From assembly GCA_965204375.1 (NCBI GenBank), contig OZ241986.1, positions 3,776,001 to 3,840,000 of the forward strand: a DNA stretch of 64,000 bases, written 5' to 3'. This DNA is from Candidatus Latescibacterota bacterium (lineage in GTDB: Bacteria > Latescibacterota > UBA2968). The notes under the pieces are model-generated. The model saw only the letters and a program-made list of their open reading frames with translations. It did no database searches and had not been told where the DNA came from. Of this stretch, positions 42,931 to 53,986 are shown in pieces. Within the stretch, counting starts at the first letter, position 1, and the number at the start of each line of letters is the position of its first letter. Position numbers and translations under genes: made by a program.

Positions 42931-45213
42931 ATGAAACTCTGGTATAACGAACCAGCGGAAGATTGGAATCACGCCTTACCCGTGGGGGCTGGGAAACTCG
43001 GCGCCATGGTATTTGGTGGGGTAAGTAATGAACGCATACAAATGAACGAAGACTCGATCTGGGCGGGACCACCCGTACCCAAATCACCACCGGGCGCGCA
43101 ACAGGTCATCGCACGCGCGCGTCAGCTACTCTTTGAAGGCCAATACACCGAAGCGCAGGACCTCGTACAAGAAGGCGTCATGGGAGAACGCATTGCACCG
43201 CGCAGCTATCAGACACTGGGCGACTTGCTCATCGAACAAAATGACGTCGAACAACACACCGATTACCGCCGCGAACTCTCGCTAAACTCTGCAATTGCCA
43301 CAACGCGATGGGTCGCAAATGGCGTCGCATATCATCGAGAAGTATTCGCCACAGCCATCGACCGGGCAATAATCTGTCGCATCGCATCGGACAAAGCAGG
43401 CGCAATATCGTGCCGGATATCTTTTCACCGGGAAGAAAACGCACAGTGGTCGGGCATATCCGAAAACACACTCCTCATAACCGGCCGCGCGGGACACGGA
43501 GAAACCCATCCCGGCGTAAAATTCTCTGCGGGCATCAAAGCAATCGCCGAAAACGGGCGCGTCCAGTGTGCCAACGACGCCCTCATCGTCGAAAATGCGG
43601 ACGCAGTCACAATCGTCGTCTGCGCCGACACAGACTACAACTTTGACGACCCCTACACCCCCCTGACACACGACCTGAAAGCCTCCGCGATATCCACAAT
43701 CGATAGTGCGCGTCCATACCCCCGCGTAAAGCGCGAACACGTTCGGGATCACAACAATTACTTTGACCGATGCGCCTTCTCCCTCGGAGAAGACAAAAAT
43801 GACAACATCCCCACAGACCGCCGACTCGCCGAATTCGAACACACATCGGACCCCGCGCTCGTTGCACTCTACTTCAACTTCGGACGCTACCTGACAATCT
43901 GTTGCTCCCGCCCGGGCAGTTTGTGCGCCAATCTACAAGGCATCTGGAACCAGGAATACGAAGCCCCGTGGAACAGCGACTACCACATCAACATCAATAT
44001 CCAGATGATATACTGGCTCTGTGAACTCGTCGGCCTGCCCGAATGCCATGAACCGTATTTGGAATTTTCAGACGCCCTGCGCAAAACAGCACGCCAAACA
44101 GCAAAAGAAGTCTATGGCTGTCGCGGAACCGCAGCGCATCACACAACAGATGCGTGGCGATTCACCGACCCATTGGGAAAGGTACAATACGGCATGTGGC
44201 CGATGGGCTGTGGATGGAACAGCAGGCACTTTATGGAACATTGGGATTTTAACGGATCAGAAACATTTCTGCGCGACCAGGCCTGGCCAGTTGTGCGGGA
44301 TGCAGCCCTGTTCTTCCTCGACTGGTTAACAGAAGATCCAAAAACCGGCAAACTCGTATCCGGTCCCTCCTCCTCACCGGAGAACCGCTTCCTCGCGCCG
44401 AACACACAGGACGTATGCAACCTCGTCATGGGACCGAGCATGGACCAGCAGATCATCTGGGAAACATTTACAAATTGTCTGCGCTGTGCCGAGATCCTAT
44501 CCCTCGACGACCCCATTATCGACGACATAAAAAGCGCATTATCCCGTCTCTCGGACCCGCAAATCGGCACTGACGGACGCCTGATGGAATGGACAGAAGA
44601 ATTTGAAGAACCAGACCCGGGGCACCGGCATATCTCACACATCTACGGCGTGTATCCCGGCTTCCAACTCGTCAACCAGCCCGATTTCTTAGCTGCCACG
44701 CGCAAAAGCATTGAACACCGCCTCGCGCATGGCGGCGGACACACGGGCTGGAGCAGAGCATGGCTCATCAACGTGTGGGCGCGCCTCAAAGACGCGGATA
44801 GCGCATGGGAAGACGTGCGGCAACTGCTCATACGCTCGACACTGCCCAATCTATTCGACAACCATCCCCCATTTCAGATGGACGGCAACATGGGCGGCGC
44901 CGCAGGCATAGTGGAAATAGTATTGCAAAGCCATCACAATGCCGTCGAACTATATCCCGCACTGCCAGACGCATGGACAGAAGGCAACGCAGAAGGACTG
45001 CGGGCAAGGGGTGGATTTATCGTAGATTTGCAGTGGAAAAACGGAGAAAAATCCGCGCACATAACATCCCTACTGGGCAATCCCATCCGCATGTTATACA
45101 ATGGATCTATGCGCGCAGTCAATGATGACCAGGCGGTCATCGCAGAGAGCCAGGGCGAAATCGCGTTCCAAACCGAAAAAGGAAAAAGCTATAATATAGT
45201 CATCTCCCAATAA
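42931..45213 (+). CDS. Glycoside hydrolase family 95 (alpha-L-fucosidase-like), cytoplasmic
   Basis: [58 protein letters not shown]. Confidence 0.93.
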   Translation: MKLWYNEPAEDWNHALPVGAGKLGAMVFGGVSNERIQMNEDSIWAGPPVPKSPPGAQQVIARARQLLFEGQYTEAQDLVQEGVMGERIAPRSYQTLGDLLIEQNDVEQHTDYRRELSLNSAIATTRWVANGVAYHREVFATAIDRAIICRIASDKAGAISCRISFHREENAQWSGISENTLLITGRAGHGETHPGVKFSAGIKAIAENGRVQCANDALIVENADAVTIVVCADTDYNFDDPYTPLTHDLKASAISTIDSARPYPRVKREHVRDHNNYFDRCAFSLGEDKNDNIPTDRRLAEFEHTSDPALVALYFNFGRYLTICCSRPGSLCANLQGIWNQEYEAPWNSDYHININIQMIYWLCELVGLPECHEPYLEFSDALRKTARQTAKEVYGCRGTAAHHTTDAWRFTDPLGKVQYGMWPMGCGWNSRHFMEHWDFNGSETFLRDQAWPVVRDAALFFLDWLTEDPKTGKLVSGPSSSPENRFLAPNTQDVCNLVMGPSMDQQIIWETFTNCLRCAEILSLDDPIIDDIKSALSRLSDPQIGTDGRLMEWTEEFEEPDPGHRHISHIYGVYPGFQLVNQPDFLAATRKSIEHRLAHGGGHTGWSRAWLINVWARLKDADSAWEDVRQLLIRSTLPNLFDNHPPFQMDGNMGGAAGIVEIVLQSHHNAVELYPALPDAWTEGNAEGLRARGGFIVDLQWKNGEKSAHITSLLGNPIRMLYNGSMRAVNDDQAVIAESQGEIAFQTEKGKSYNIVISQ

Positions 45214-45976
45214 TCAAACCATCGGGATCGACCTCATCGCGCAAAATGCACAACTCTTCTTCTGAGGGCGGCACAGTCCCTTCGACATCAGCCACCTGCC
45301 CCAATTCAAACCCGGTATTCTCCTGCACCTGTTCAAACGTCATACCCGGATGCAAACTCTCGACCTGCATCCGACATGTATCGTCATCAAAACTCATCAC
45401 AGCCAGATCCGTAATCACGCGATAAGGACCCCCACCACCGGGCAACCCCGCAGCCTCGCGCGCACCCGGCCCGGTCAGAAAACCCGGCGTCGTCAAAAAA
45501 TCAACCTCTTCCACAAAACGACGGCGGTCGTGCTGAGTAATAATCAGCGTGCGCCAGCAAAAACTCGCAAAATCATTGGCACCCCCGCTACCCGGAAAAC
45601 GCACGCGCGGTTTTTTGTAATCGCCAATAACCGTAGAATTTAAATTCCCATACGCATCGATCTGAGCACCGCCCAAAAACGCGTAATCCATCACACCCCG
45701 CTGACACGCCTCCATAATATCACACATACTCGTCGCCATAAGTGCCCGGTGTGTCGTGCGCGAATCACCCACAGAAATGGGCATCGCGGGCAACATCGGC
45801 GCCAAACCACCCGCTTCAAAAGCCACCAAAAGTCCCGGTGCATGCGTCTTTTGTGCCAGCATCGCCGCAGCACACGGTGCCCCTGTCCCCACCCCAACAG
45901 TCGCCCCATCCTCCAGCAACCGGGACGCCACACAAATCATCAGTTCCATCGCATTGTACATAGCATCCACCTTCAA
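45200..45976 (-). CDS. CoA-transferase subunit B (glutaconate / 3-oxoadipate type)
   Basis: [39 protein letters not shown]. Confidence 0.9.
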   Translation of the reverse strand: MKVDAMYNAMELMICVASRLLEDGATVGVGTGAPCAAAMLAQKTHAPGLLVAFEAGGLAPMLPAMPISVGDSRTTHRALMATSMCDIMEACQRGVMDYAFLGGAQIDAYGNLNSTVIGDYKKPRVRFPGSGGANDFASFCWRTLIITQHDRRRFVEEVDFLTTPGFLTGPGAREAAGLPGGGGPYRVITDLAVMSFDDDTCRMQVESLHPGMTFEQVQENTGFELGQVADVEGTVPPSEEELCILRDEVDPDGLIIGR

Positions 45977-46965
45977 TTATTCTCCAACCGCCGCAACTCC
46001 GCCAGCCGCTCTTCCCCACCACAAACCTCCAGATAAGCCTCAAAACAATCAACACCATACAAATACTTATCCAGAAACGCGCGATATACCTCCACATCTT
46101 GCTCTGCGTCCAACCACGCCTTGAGATGCACCTCATCCGAGAAATACTCCCCAGCCATATTGCCGGGATACGATCCATACGGCACATGACACACCGCATC
46201 AACACAAAAAGCCGGAATCGCGGTCGCATTTGGATCGCTGCGAATCTCATCTGTACTCACAATGCGCTCCGCACTCACAATCACATGTTTGGAAGCACGC
46301 GACAAATCCCAATCAGCCACCGTAATACCCCGAATGCGGCAATTGCCGAACAAATCACTCTCATGCACATGAATAAGCGCCACATCGGGATACAGAGCCG
46401 GTACAGCCATCAGCGGTTTGCCCGTAAAAGGACATTCGATCTCCTTAGCCGCACTCTCCCGAAACGTATCGGTCCCCAGCATACTGCGAACAGGCACAAA
46501 AGGCACACCCGTCGCCGCCGCCCGAAACCGACATGCCAGCGCGTAATTTGTCCACTCACACACCTCGACCTCTCCGCTCTCCATCAACCGCCGTGCCTGC
46601 GCCGACAACCCGCGTGCTTCCAACCCTAAAATATATGCCGCATCTAACCGCGAAAAAATCTGCTTCCCCGTGCGCGTACCCGCCGCCAAAATCTGAAAAT
46701 CGTGCGTCGTCGTATGCCCGGCAAACCCCAGATTTGTTCGCTCCTGCCGCACAACCTCGTGCAAAAGCGCCGTCGCAATCCTGTTCCCACCAAAACCGCC
46801 AGAAGCCAAATAATCGCCGTCATGCACAAACCGGGCAACAGCATCAGACACGGACATCAGCTTATCTGTCAACGCGCCCTTCTTCTCTCGAAAAAACGCC
46901 CGTGCAACATCTGGATCGGGATCTGTAAACAGCGATCCACGGCCTGTATTTTCAGAACTCGTCAT
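45973..46965 (-). CDS. CoA-transferase subunit A
   Basis: KLMSVSDAV..VHDGD..GGF, CPFTG, PDVALIHV..D.FGN, PYGSYP. Start MTSSEN at 46965 is tentative. Confidence 0.88.
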   Translation of the reverse strand: MTSSENTGRGSLFTDPDPDVARAFFREKKGALTDKLMSVSDAVARFVHDGDYLASGGFGGNRIATALLHEVVRQERTNLGFAGHTTTHDFQILAAGTRTGKQIFSRLDAAYILGLEARGLSAQARRLMESGEVEVCEWTNYALACRFRAAATGVPFVPVRSMLGTDTFRESAAKEIECPFTGKPLMAVPALYPDVALIHVHESDLFGNCRIRGITVADWDLSRASKHVIVSAERIVSTDEIRSDPNATAIPAFCVDAVCHVPYGSYPGNMAGEYFSDEVHLKAWLDAEQDVEVYRAFLDKYLYGVDCFEAYLEVCGGEERLAELRRLENN

Positions 46966-46966
46966 A

Positions 46967-47062
46967 GCATGCCTCGCCCCTACACATCTGCGGATCCCAA
47001 TGACGGGCGAAAAATTTTTCGCCCCTACCGTTTCACACTTCAACCTTCACACTTCTCACTTC
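46967..47062 (-). repeat. Cluster of REP-like hairpins, ATCTGCG unit and CTTCACA heptamers
   Basis: GCATGCCTCGCCCCTAC, CATCTGCGGAT, GGGCGAAAAATTTTTCGCCCCTAC, then TTCACAC-type repeats. Confidence 0.7.
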
Positions 47063-47831
47063 AAAGCGCTGTCCAACCGCCATCCACCAGCAACGTATGC
47101 CCCGTAATGAGATCGGCAGCCGGACTCGCCAAAAACACCACCGCACCCACCACATCTTCGGGCTGTCCCACGCGCCCCAGAGGAATCCGCGAAAGCAAAT
47201 CCTCGCGCAACGCCTCATTATCAAACGTCGATTGTGTCAACGGCGTCAAAATAAACGTCGGACCCACGGCATTCACCGTAATCTGATAGGGCGCCCACTC
47301 CACAGCCAACACCCGCGTCAGATTCACCACACCGGCCTTACTCGAACAATAAGCCGCGCGCTTGTAATAACCCACCACCCCATTTTGCGACGCAATATTC
47401 ACAATCTTGCCACCACCCATCTCAATCATCGACCGCGCCACGCGCTGCGACATAAAAAACAACCCCTTCAAATTCACATCCAGCACCCCATCCCAATCTG
47501 CCTCTGTCACCTCAAGCGCGTCCCTGGGAATATTCACACCCGCATTATTCACCAGAATATCAACCCGGCCATAAGCATCGATAACCCGGCTCACCGCCGC
47601 ATCAATACTCTCCTGATCTGGCAATTCCAACGCCAATGGCAATGCCCGTTGCCCCAAATCTACAACCGCATCACACACCTCATCCAACATACCGATCTTC
47701 TTCGGCACCTCACACACCGCCACATCGGCACCCACCTCAGCCACCGCCAGCGCAATCGCCCGTCCAATACCCGAACCCGCACCCGTCACCAGCACCACCT
47801 GATCATCCAATCGCATACTGGGCAAAACCAT
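47061..47831 (-). CDS. Short-chain dehydrogenase/reductase (gluconate 5-dehydrogenase / KduD-like)
   Basis: TGAGSGIG, NNAG, YCSSK, PLGRVG.PED, VDGG. Confidence 0.92.
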   Translation of the reverse strand: MVLPSMRLDDQVVLVTGAGSGIGRAIALAVAEVGADVAVCEVPKKIGMLDEVCDAVVDLGQRALPLALELPDQESIDAAVSRVIDAYGRVDILVNNAGVNIPRDALEVTEADWDGVLDVNLKGLFFMSQRVARSMIEMGGGKIVNIASQNGVVGYYKRAAYCSSKAGVVNLTRVLAVEWAPYQITVNAVGPTFILTPLTQSTFDNEALREDLLSRIPLGRVGQPEDVVGAVVFLASPAADLITGHTLLVDGGWTAL

Positions 47832-47845
47832 CGCGCCCTCTCCTT

Positions 47846-50749
47846 TCACGAAGAAAAAGAAATATTATTCTCCGTATGCCGGCAAGAAATATCATCATCC
47901 CCGCGAAAATTCTTACACCCCCAGAATGCACCATAGCGCCCCTTGCGCTGAACCATATCCGCGCCACACTTCGGGCAAACAGGCAACCATGAATCACAAT
48001 CGGGATCCAGACATAATTTAAAACGCCCAGCGCGCTGCATCGGGTTGCCACACGCTTGACATCCGCTCTCAGTATGATTGCACAACGGATAATTGCTACA
48101 ACCGTAAAACGACTTACCCTCCACGGCAACAAGCGTACCCGTCTTGCACTTCACACAGCGAATGCGCTCAAAAGACGCTTGTTCCAAACTCGTCTCAAAA
48201 TCGTCCAGTGCCAACGGATATTTATTCTTCAACAACTCGACCAAAAACTCAGAAGCATTCGTCATATCCCCAATCAAATACACGCGCTGTTTGGCGCGCG
48301 TCAGCGCGACATAAAACAAACGGCGCTCCTCCGAATATAGAAAAGGATCTAACGCAGGCAATAACGCTTCCAGCAAAGAATGAGAAGTCTTCTGCGAAGG
48401 AAAACCGTACTGACCGCGTTCAAGCCCCAGCACCACCACATAATCCGCCTCCAAACCCTTCGCACCGTGAACGGTATTACACTCAATAGACAAAGAGGGG
48501 AACCGCTTCATCAACATCATCATCTGCGTGCCATTGGGCAAGTTAAAACGAAACCTGCCCAACAAATAAACCGAACTACCCTCTTCCGCCCGCTCCGCGA
48601 CATGCGCCAACACACGATCCACCCGCTCATCAAAATCCGCCTCGTCTGAAGATCGACGCTTCTTCTCGCGCAACAAAGAAACCGCAGGATGATTAACCGT
48701 CGCATGCGTGGTCAACGACTTCTTAACCTGCGCCGGATTCTCAATCACAAACTGGGAGGCAACATCGCAAATACTATTATTAAACCGAAACGTCTTATCC
48801 AGGACCGTAATTTTAGTCGCCCCAAACCTCGCCTCAAAATCCGTAGTAAACTGAATATCACTACCCGTAAAACGATAAATCGACTGCCAATCATCCCCCA
48901 CACAAAACAGAGAACACGCATCAACAGATTCTCTCAGCACCTTAACCAACCGCGCCCGCGGCTCGGATATATCCTGAAACTCATCCACCAGAATGTACCG
49001 CCAGGGCGAAACAAAGCGACCACATTGCACATACGCGATTGCCTTGCCAATCATATCGTCAAAATCGATGTGCTCGTTTTCTTTTAAAAACGCATCGTAT
49101 TTCTCATAAATCGGCACCACAATTTTCAAAGCCTGCTGCTGAACCAGACTCAGATGACCACCCTGGACAATCTCCTCCAACGGTTGATCTGGACTGGGCA
49201 AACAGCTCTTATACCGCCTCAACAAATCCGCGAGCAACGGTGTCAAATCGCGAATCGCTCCAAACTCCCTCAGCGTATCCAGCATCTCATCTGGCGAACA
49301 CGGATGAAATTGCACCCCAGCCTGTATTAATTTTTCATACAAGCCCGTCAGCAAGCGACCTTCGGTATATTCGTAGTGAAACGTCTCAATCAAGCGCGTC
49401 CCGTGCTTCTCGTGAAGTTTACGCGTCCAATCCATGCGGCGTTTATACTCATTTTTATTCACATAAGGGGCAGTATTCCCATCGCGGTCTATACCCCAGT
49501 GCTCCAGATAAACACCGTAATCCGGAAGATAAAAATCGGGCTGGTATTGCCGATAATCCGGATCCCTCGTCTCATGCTCATAATCGGCCTCGTATTGATA
49601 TGCCACACCCAGCATAAACAGATGATTGGCAATCCAGCATTCGCCCAGACCCTTTACCCGTTCACCCTTCAGCGTGCGAATCTCATTCGCAGAAATATAT
49701 TCAAAGTACTCGCCCTGGGTTTTAAAATCAAAGGCATTGACCTCTTGATACCTGTAATACCCCAGATAATCCAGAACCCATTGTCTATAGCTCGGAATCT
49801 CAAGCAACGCCTCAAACCACCCATCGACATGCTTCTCCAACAACGCGCCGTCTTGTGCCAGAGGTGAAATCGAAGGCTGCGCCTTTTCGACCGAAGCAAT
49901 AATATCCTTGCCCAACTTGTGAAACGTACTCGCAACAACGCCTTTTTTATTCACGCGCTCATCCAGTCGCTCCTGCATCTCTCGCGCCGCCTTATTCGCA
50001 AAAGCCAGCATGAGAATCTCATCGGGCCGAGCCTGCCCACTCTCGACCAAAAACCCCGCGCGCCCCACCATCGCACTCGTCTTGCCAGTACCCGCACCAG
50101 CCAGCACCAGATTATTATCCTCATCTATCACACAGGCATCGCGCTGGCTCTCGGTCAGCGGATTGCTCTCCACCTCATCAAAATAAGTTGAAAACTGTTC
50201 TTTGAGACGATCGACATACTGCGCGCGAAAATCTTCCACCTCTTGATCGCCCCAGTGCGCCATCTGCTGCACCAGCGTAAAATCAGCATCGCGATCCAAA
50301 CTGCCGACCGCTGGCACCTTGCGAAACTGATCAAGCATATCCCGCGCCATCGCCCTGATCTTCAACCAGCGGGAACTGCGCAAATAACCTTCATCCAGCA
50401 ACCTGTTAATCTCCCCAGCACATCGCCGCACCTCTGACGCAAACTTTCGCTCCTCCTCCAGCCAATACCAATAATCCTGCAACCAGTCGAAAAACCCCTC
50501 CACCTCTGATTTGCCCAACCCCTTCAGCCGCTGCTCTCCGCGATCCGTCGGCAACACCAGTTCAAAAAACAGCCTTCCGCGACGTAATACATCTTCTCGC
50601 GTCAAATTTTCAGTGCCTAAAGCAAAGCACTCACCCCCGGCCCTCTCCAAAACCAGCCCATCGGATGAAATTAAAATCGTTGCCGTCCGCGCGCCCAAAA
50701 GACGCATCAACCAATGCGGGGTAATACTTTTGTTTTTAAGTATATTCAT
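47846..50749 (-). CDS. UvrD / helicase IV-like SF1 helicase with inserted PD-(D/E)xK-like domain and C-terminal topoisomerase-type C4 zinc ribbons
   Basis: AGAGTGKT, VDEFQD, VGDDWQSIYRF, TVHGAKGLE, EERRLFYVALTRA; insert YQPDFYL...YLEHWG; C-terminal FYGCSNYP.C and FWGC. Confidence 0.88.
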   Translation of the reverse strand: MNILKNKSITPHWLMRLLGARTATILISSDGLVLERAGGECFALGTENLTREDVLRRGRLFFELVLPTDRGEQRLKGLGKSEVEGFFDWLQDYWYWLEEERKFASEVRRCAGEINRLLDEGYLRSSRWLKIRAMARDMLDQFRKVPAVGSLDRDADFTLVQQMAHWGDQEVEDFRAQYVDRLKEQFSTYFDEVESNPLTESQRDACVIDEDNNLVLAGAGTGKTSAMVGRAGFLVESGQARPDEILMLAFANKAAREMQERLDERVNKKGVVASTFHKLGKDIIASVEKAQPSISPLAQDGALLEKHVDGWFEALLEIPSYRQWVLDYLGYYRYQEVNAFDFKTQGEYFEYISANEIRTLKGERVKGLGECWIANHLFMLGVAYQYEADYEHETRDPDYRQYQPDFYLPDYGVYLEHWGIDRDGNTAPYVNKNEYKRRMDWTRKLHEKHGTRLIETFHYEYTEGRLLTGLYEKLIQAGVQFHPCSPDEMLDTLREFGAIRDLTPLLADLLRRYKSCLPSPDQPLEEIVQGGHLSLVQQQALKIVVPIYEKYDAFLKENEHIDFDDMIGKAIAYVQCGRFVSPWRYILVDEFQDISEPRARLVKVLRESVDACSLFCVGDDWQSIYRFTGSDIQFTTDFEARFGATKITVLDKTFRFNNSICDVASQFVIENPAQVKKSLTTHATVNHPAVSLLREKKRRSSDEADFDERVDRVLAHVAERAEEGSSVYLLGRFRFNLPNGTQMMMLMKRFPSLSIECNTVHGAKGLEADYVVVLGLERGQYGFPSQKTSHSLLEALLPALDPFLYSEERRLFYVALTRAKQRVYLIGDMTNASEFLVELLKNKYPLALDDFETSLEQASFERIRCVKCKTGTLVAVEGKSFYGCSNYPLCNHTESGCQACGNPMQRAGRFKLCLDPDCDSWLPVCPKCGADMVQRKGRYGAFWGCKNFRGDDDISCRHTENNISFSS

Positions 50750-50832
50750 TCATCAATTCTCAAAAAAGAAAAGCCTCCTCAATCAGGAGACTTTTCAGAA
50801 AAATAAATTGACACTACACCGACAGAACCCTT

Positions 50833-50889
50833 CTGGATCGCGGCTCAACACCATGCCGCGATGACGGGCGAGGCATGCCTCGCCCCTAC
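50833..50889 (-). repeat. REP-like composite palindrome, copy 3
   Basis: Near-identical to 13965-14021. Confidence 0.8.
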
Positions 50890-50951
50890 ACATCTGTGTT
50901 CATCTGCGAAAAACGCTCAAATTATTCGCGTTTTTTTCTGCGGATCACACT

Positions 50952-51575
50952 TCACCCATCTATCTCATCAAACCCATTCACAACCCGGCTGATCAACCCG
51001 TATTCCACAGCCTCATCGGGACTCATCCAATAATCTCGATCCGTATCTTCCTCAATCTTTTCAAGTGGCTGACCGGTCTCATCGGCATACATCTCGTTAA
51101 TCTTCTTCTTAATTTTCACAACCTCCTCAGCCGTGCGCCGCACATCTTCAGCCACCCCTTGAAACCGCATCGAAGGCTGATGAATCATAAGGCGCGAATT
51201 TGGCAAAGCCAGCCGATCTTCCTTATCTGCCGCCATCATAATCACCGTCGCTGCACTGGCTGACAGCCCCGCACTGATAATCTTTACTCTGGGGCGGATA
51301 AACCGGATCATATCGTAAATCGCGAACCCATCGTACACACTACCGCCGGGCGAATTAATAAAAATTTTAATTGGCTCTTCCGAATCTTGATGATCCAAAA
51401 AAAGCAACTGAGCCGTCACCTTAGCCGTCAATTTGTGATCCACGGGATCGGAAATTAAAATCGTACGCGCATCTATCAACCCCTTGTTCAAAATACCGTT
51501 TCTCGACGCGCTATCTTCCTCTCTTTCCTCATCTTCGAGGATCATATCGTCCTCACAAATCATCCAGTCCTCCAA
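50952..51575 (-). CDS. clpP: ATP-dependent Clp protease proteolytic subunit
   Basis: INSPGGSV, GLSASAAT (Ser), MIHQP (His), DRDYWM (Asp). Exact start uncertain. Confidence 0.93.
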   Translation of the reverse strand: MEDWMICEDDMILEDEEREEDSASRNGILNKGLIDARTILISDPVDHKLTAKVTAQLLFLDHQDSEEPIKIFINSPGGSVYDGFAIYDMIRFIRPRVKIISAGLSASAATVIMMAADKEDRLALPNSRLMIHQPSMRFQGVAEDVRRTAEEVVKIKKKINEMYADETGQPLEKIEEDTDRDYWMSPDEAVEYGLISRVVNGFDEIDG

Positions 51576-51789
51576 AAAATAAAAACCAAAAAACTCGTTA
51601 TGTCCAATGGCTCAATTTATCCCATATCCCCATTTGAGTCAAGGGGCTTGCCATTAATTTTTTTCTTCAGACGTAAAGCATCGCCACGATCCGCCCTCAC
51701 CAATTTTTCCTCCACTTCGCGGGTCATCACCAAACTCGGCAAAGACACTGCCGCAATCAATCCACTTCATACACACATCCCTCTAAATA

Positions 51790-53049
51790 CTATGCTGGCG
51801 CATCTTCTGGCCTGGGGATATTCACAAAATAGGCAAAAATAGCCACCAGCAACACCGCTGGCGCCAGCGCGTAAAACGCGGGTGCATAAGACCCCGCAGA
51901 ACTAAAAATGGATTCAATAAACCACGGCCCCGTCGCAGAAGCCAAAACCGCAAACACCTGTGCCGCACCCTGAATCTTCCCCAAATGAAGACGGCCAAAA
52001 ATATCCGCCCACGCCGTAAAAAAAATCACCGAAACCACACCGCCTGAAAACCCCAACAACCCCGCGTGTACCAGAGCTTGTCCCGGCGTTTTAAGCTGCG
52101 GAAACGCAAGCAAATAAACGCCAACCGCCAGCATCGCAACCGTCATCAGTCTGCCCAAAGACCATCGGCGCGCCGCCCAACCCGCTGTAAAATTCCCCAA
52201 CAACCCCGTCGCCATAAACACCGCCATCGCGTATTGAAACACCGTCTCATCAAACCCCAACTCCCCCAATATAGACTGATTGAACAACATCACCCCCGCG
52301 ATAACCAGATTATAGAGCGCACTCCCAATAGCAAAAACATAAAAAGCCGGCGTCATCAATGCCTGTACAAGCGTAAACCCAATCATCGGCTCCTGCGACT
52401 CATCATCTTTCACAACCTCAATATCCAGCCCAACCGCCTCCGGATCTCGACGGACAAATAGCAGACACAAACCAGATAGCACCATCAAAATCCACCCCAA
52501 TCCCGACCACATAACCCGCCAACCCTGCGTAAGCACAACATCGCCAGCAACAACAATAGCAACCGCAAAACCCAGACTCATAAGCACGGCAAAAATACCC
52601 ATCGCAACACTCAACCGCCGCACAAACCACTTGCCAACCATCGTCAAACTCACCACAGACAGCGCGCTTTGCCCCACACCCCGCATCAAAACCAGCAAAA
52701 AAAGCAAAACAATACCACCACTTGCCACCTGGCTAAAACCCAGAACCACCGCACTCAGAACAAATAGCACCCCCGTCACAACAACGCGAACCCCAAAGCG
52801 ATCAATCGCCAAACCGCAGACCAAATTGAACAACGCCCCCAAAATCGTCGCCCAGAAATTCTTCTCGGCAAAATCCAGCCGGGAAATACCCAGATCCGCG
52901 ATCAAAGGCTCTGTAATCAAACCAATGCCAACACTTCTGCCCGGCAGCGTAGCCACCATCGCAACCGCCGCAAAAATCAGAACCACCCAGCCATAATAAA
53001 ACGGCACACGCGCGGGCAGCGCATTGCCAAAAACAGTTTTGGAGTTCAT
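51790..53049 (-). CDS. MFS transporter
   Basis: About 12 TM helices, FYYGW, GLAIDRFG, WFVRR, FGRLHLG. Confidence 0.88.
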   Translation of the reverse strand: MNSKTVFGNALPARVPFYYGWVVLIFAAVAMVATLPGRSVGIGLITEPLIADLGISRLDFAEKNFWATILGALFNLVCGLAIDRFGVRVVVTGVLFVLSAVVLGFSQVASGGIVLLFLLVLMRGVGQSALSVVSLTMVGKWFVRRLSVAMGIFAVLMSLGFAVAIVVAGDVVLTQGWRVMWSGLGWILMVLSGLCLLFVRRDPEAVGLDIEVVKDDESQEPMIGFTLVQALMTPAFYVFAIGSALYNLVIAGVMLFNQSILGELGFDETVFQYAMAVFMATGLLGNFTAGWAARRWSLGRLMTVAMLAVGVYLLAFPQLKTPGQALVHAGLLGFSGGVVSVIFFTAWADIFGRLHLGKIQGAAQVFAVLASATGPWFIESIFSSAGSYAPAFYALAPAVLLVAIFAYFVNIPRPEDAPA

Positions 53050-53867
53050 TCCACACACGCCTTGAGCTTTGCCAGCCCCTCTTCTGCTGCCACAACAGAA
53101 CCCTTTGCCCAATAACTCGGGTTAAACAACTCCAGAGACAACATCCCCTCATACCCCGCATTTTCAAACCCCGCCACAATTTCTGCCCAGGGTGCCAAAC
53201 CATCCCCTGGATAAACCCGATCCGCATCTGTTATGGTATCCCTCCCGGGCGAAGCCGGATAATCATTCACATGCACCAACCCCAACTTATCCGGACCCAG
53301 ATGCTCCAGCCCGTGAAAATGTCCACTCCCTTTATACATATGATACACATCCGCCAGCAGCACGGTATCTGGCCGCCCGCATTCAGCCGCCACCAACAAA
53401 GCCTCGCCCAGCGTACCCAGAGTCTGCGCAATACCCCAAAACTCCAGCAAAGGCTTCGCCCGAAACCCGGCAACCTCATCCATCAACTCACCGTAGCGAC
53501 GCGCCACAGAAAACAAATCCACATCCCGGTCTCGAATCCCAAAAGGCGGTGCCGCGACATACGTGCAATTGAGCGCATCGGCCATCTCAAAACAGCGACG
53601 CGCCTCTTCAAGCCCCTTTGCCCGCTCCTCATCCTCTGGCACCGACCACTCAAAAAACGCGATCAGATTGACAATCTGAATCCCCCTATCCACTGCCCTA
53701 TCGCGTATATCAGACAGCGACCCACCCCCCGCAACCCACTCATCAATTTCTGCCACCCACGGCTCGATCCCCTCATAACCCGCATCCGCCGCAATATCGA
53801 TGGCATCAACCACAGAAACACCCTCATTGCGAATCGTGCTCGTATTCAAACAATACGAAAAACCCAT
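53046..53867 (-). CDS. Sugar phosphate isomerase/epimerase (xylose isomerase-like TIM barrel)
   Basis: LEF, DVYHM, VHVND, RVYPGDG, SLELF metal ligands. Confidence 0.9.
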   Translation of the reverse strand: MGFSYCLNTSTIRNEGVSVVDAIDIAADAGYEGIEPWVAEIDEWVAGGGSLSDIRDRAVDRGIQIVNLIAFFEWSVPEDEERAKGLEEARRCFEMADALNCTYVAAPPFGIRDRDVDLFSVARRYGELMDEVAGFRAKPLLEFWGIAQTLGTLGEALLVAAECGRPDTVLLADVYHMYKGSGHFHGLEHLGPDKLGLVHVNDYPASPGRDTITDADRVYPGDGLAPWAEIVAGFENAGYEGMLSLELFNPSYWAKGSVVAAEEGLAKLKACVE

Positions 53868-53986
53868 TTTTATTTTTCCTCCTCACACAAAGACACGAAG
53901 AAAAGTGAGACACGAGACACACCTATTCCCCGTTCCGTATATTCATCTGCGTTCCATCTGCGTCCATCTGCGGATTCGTCTGTTTC

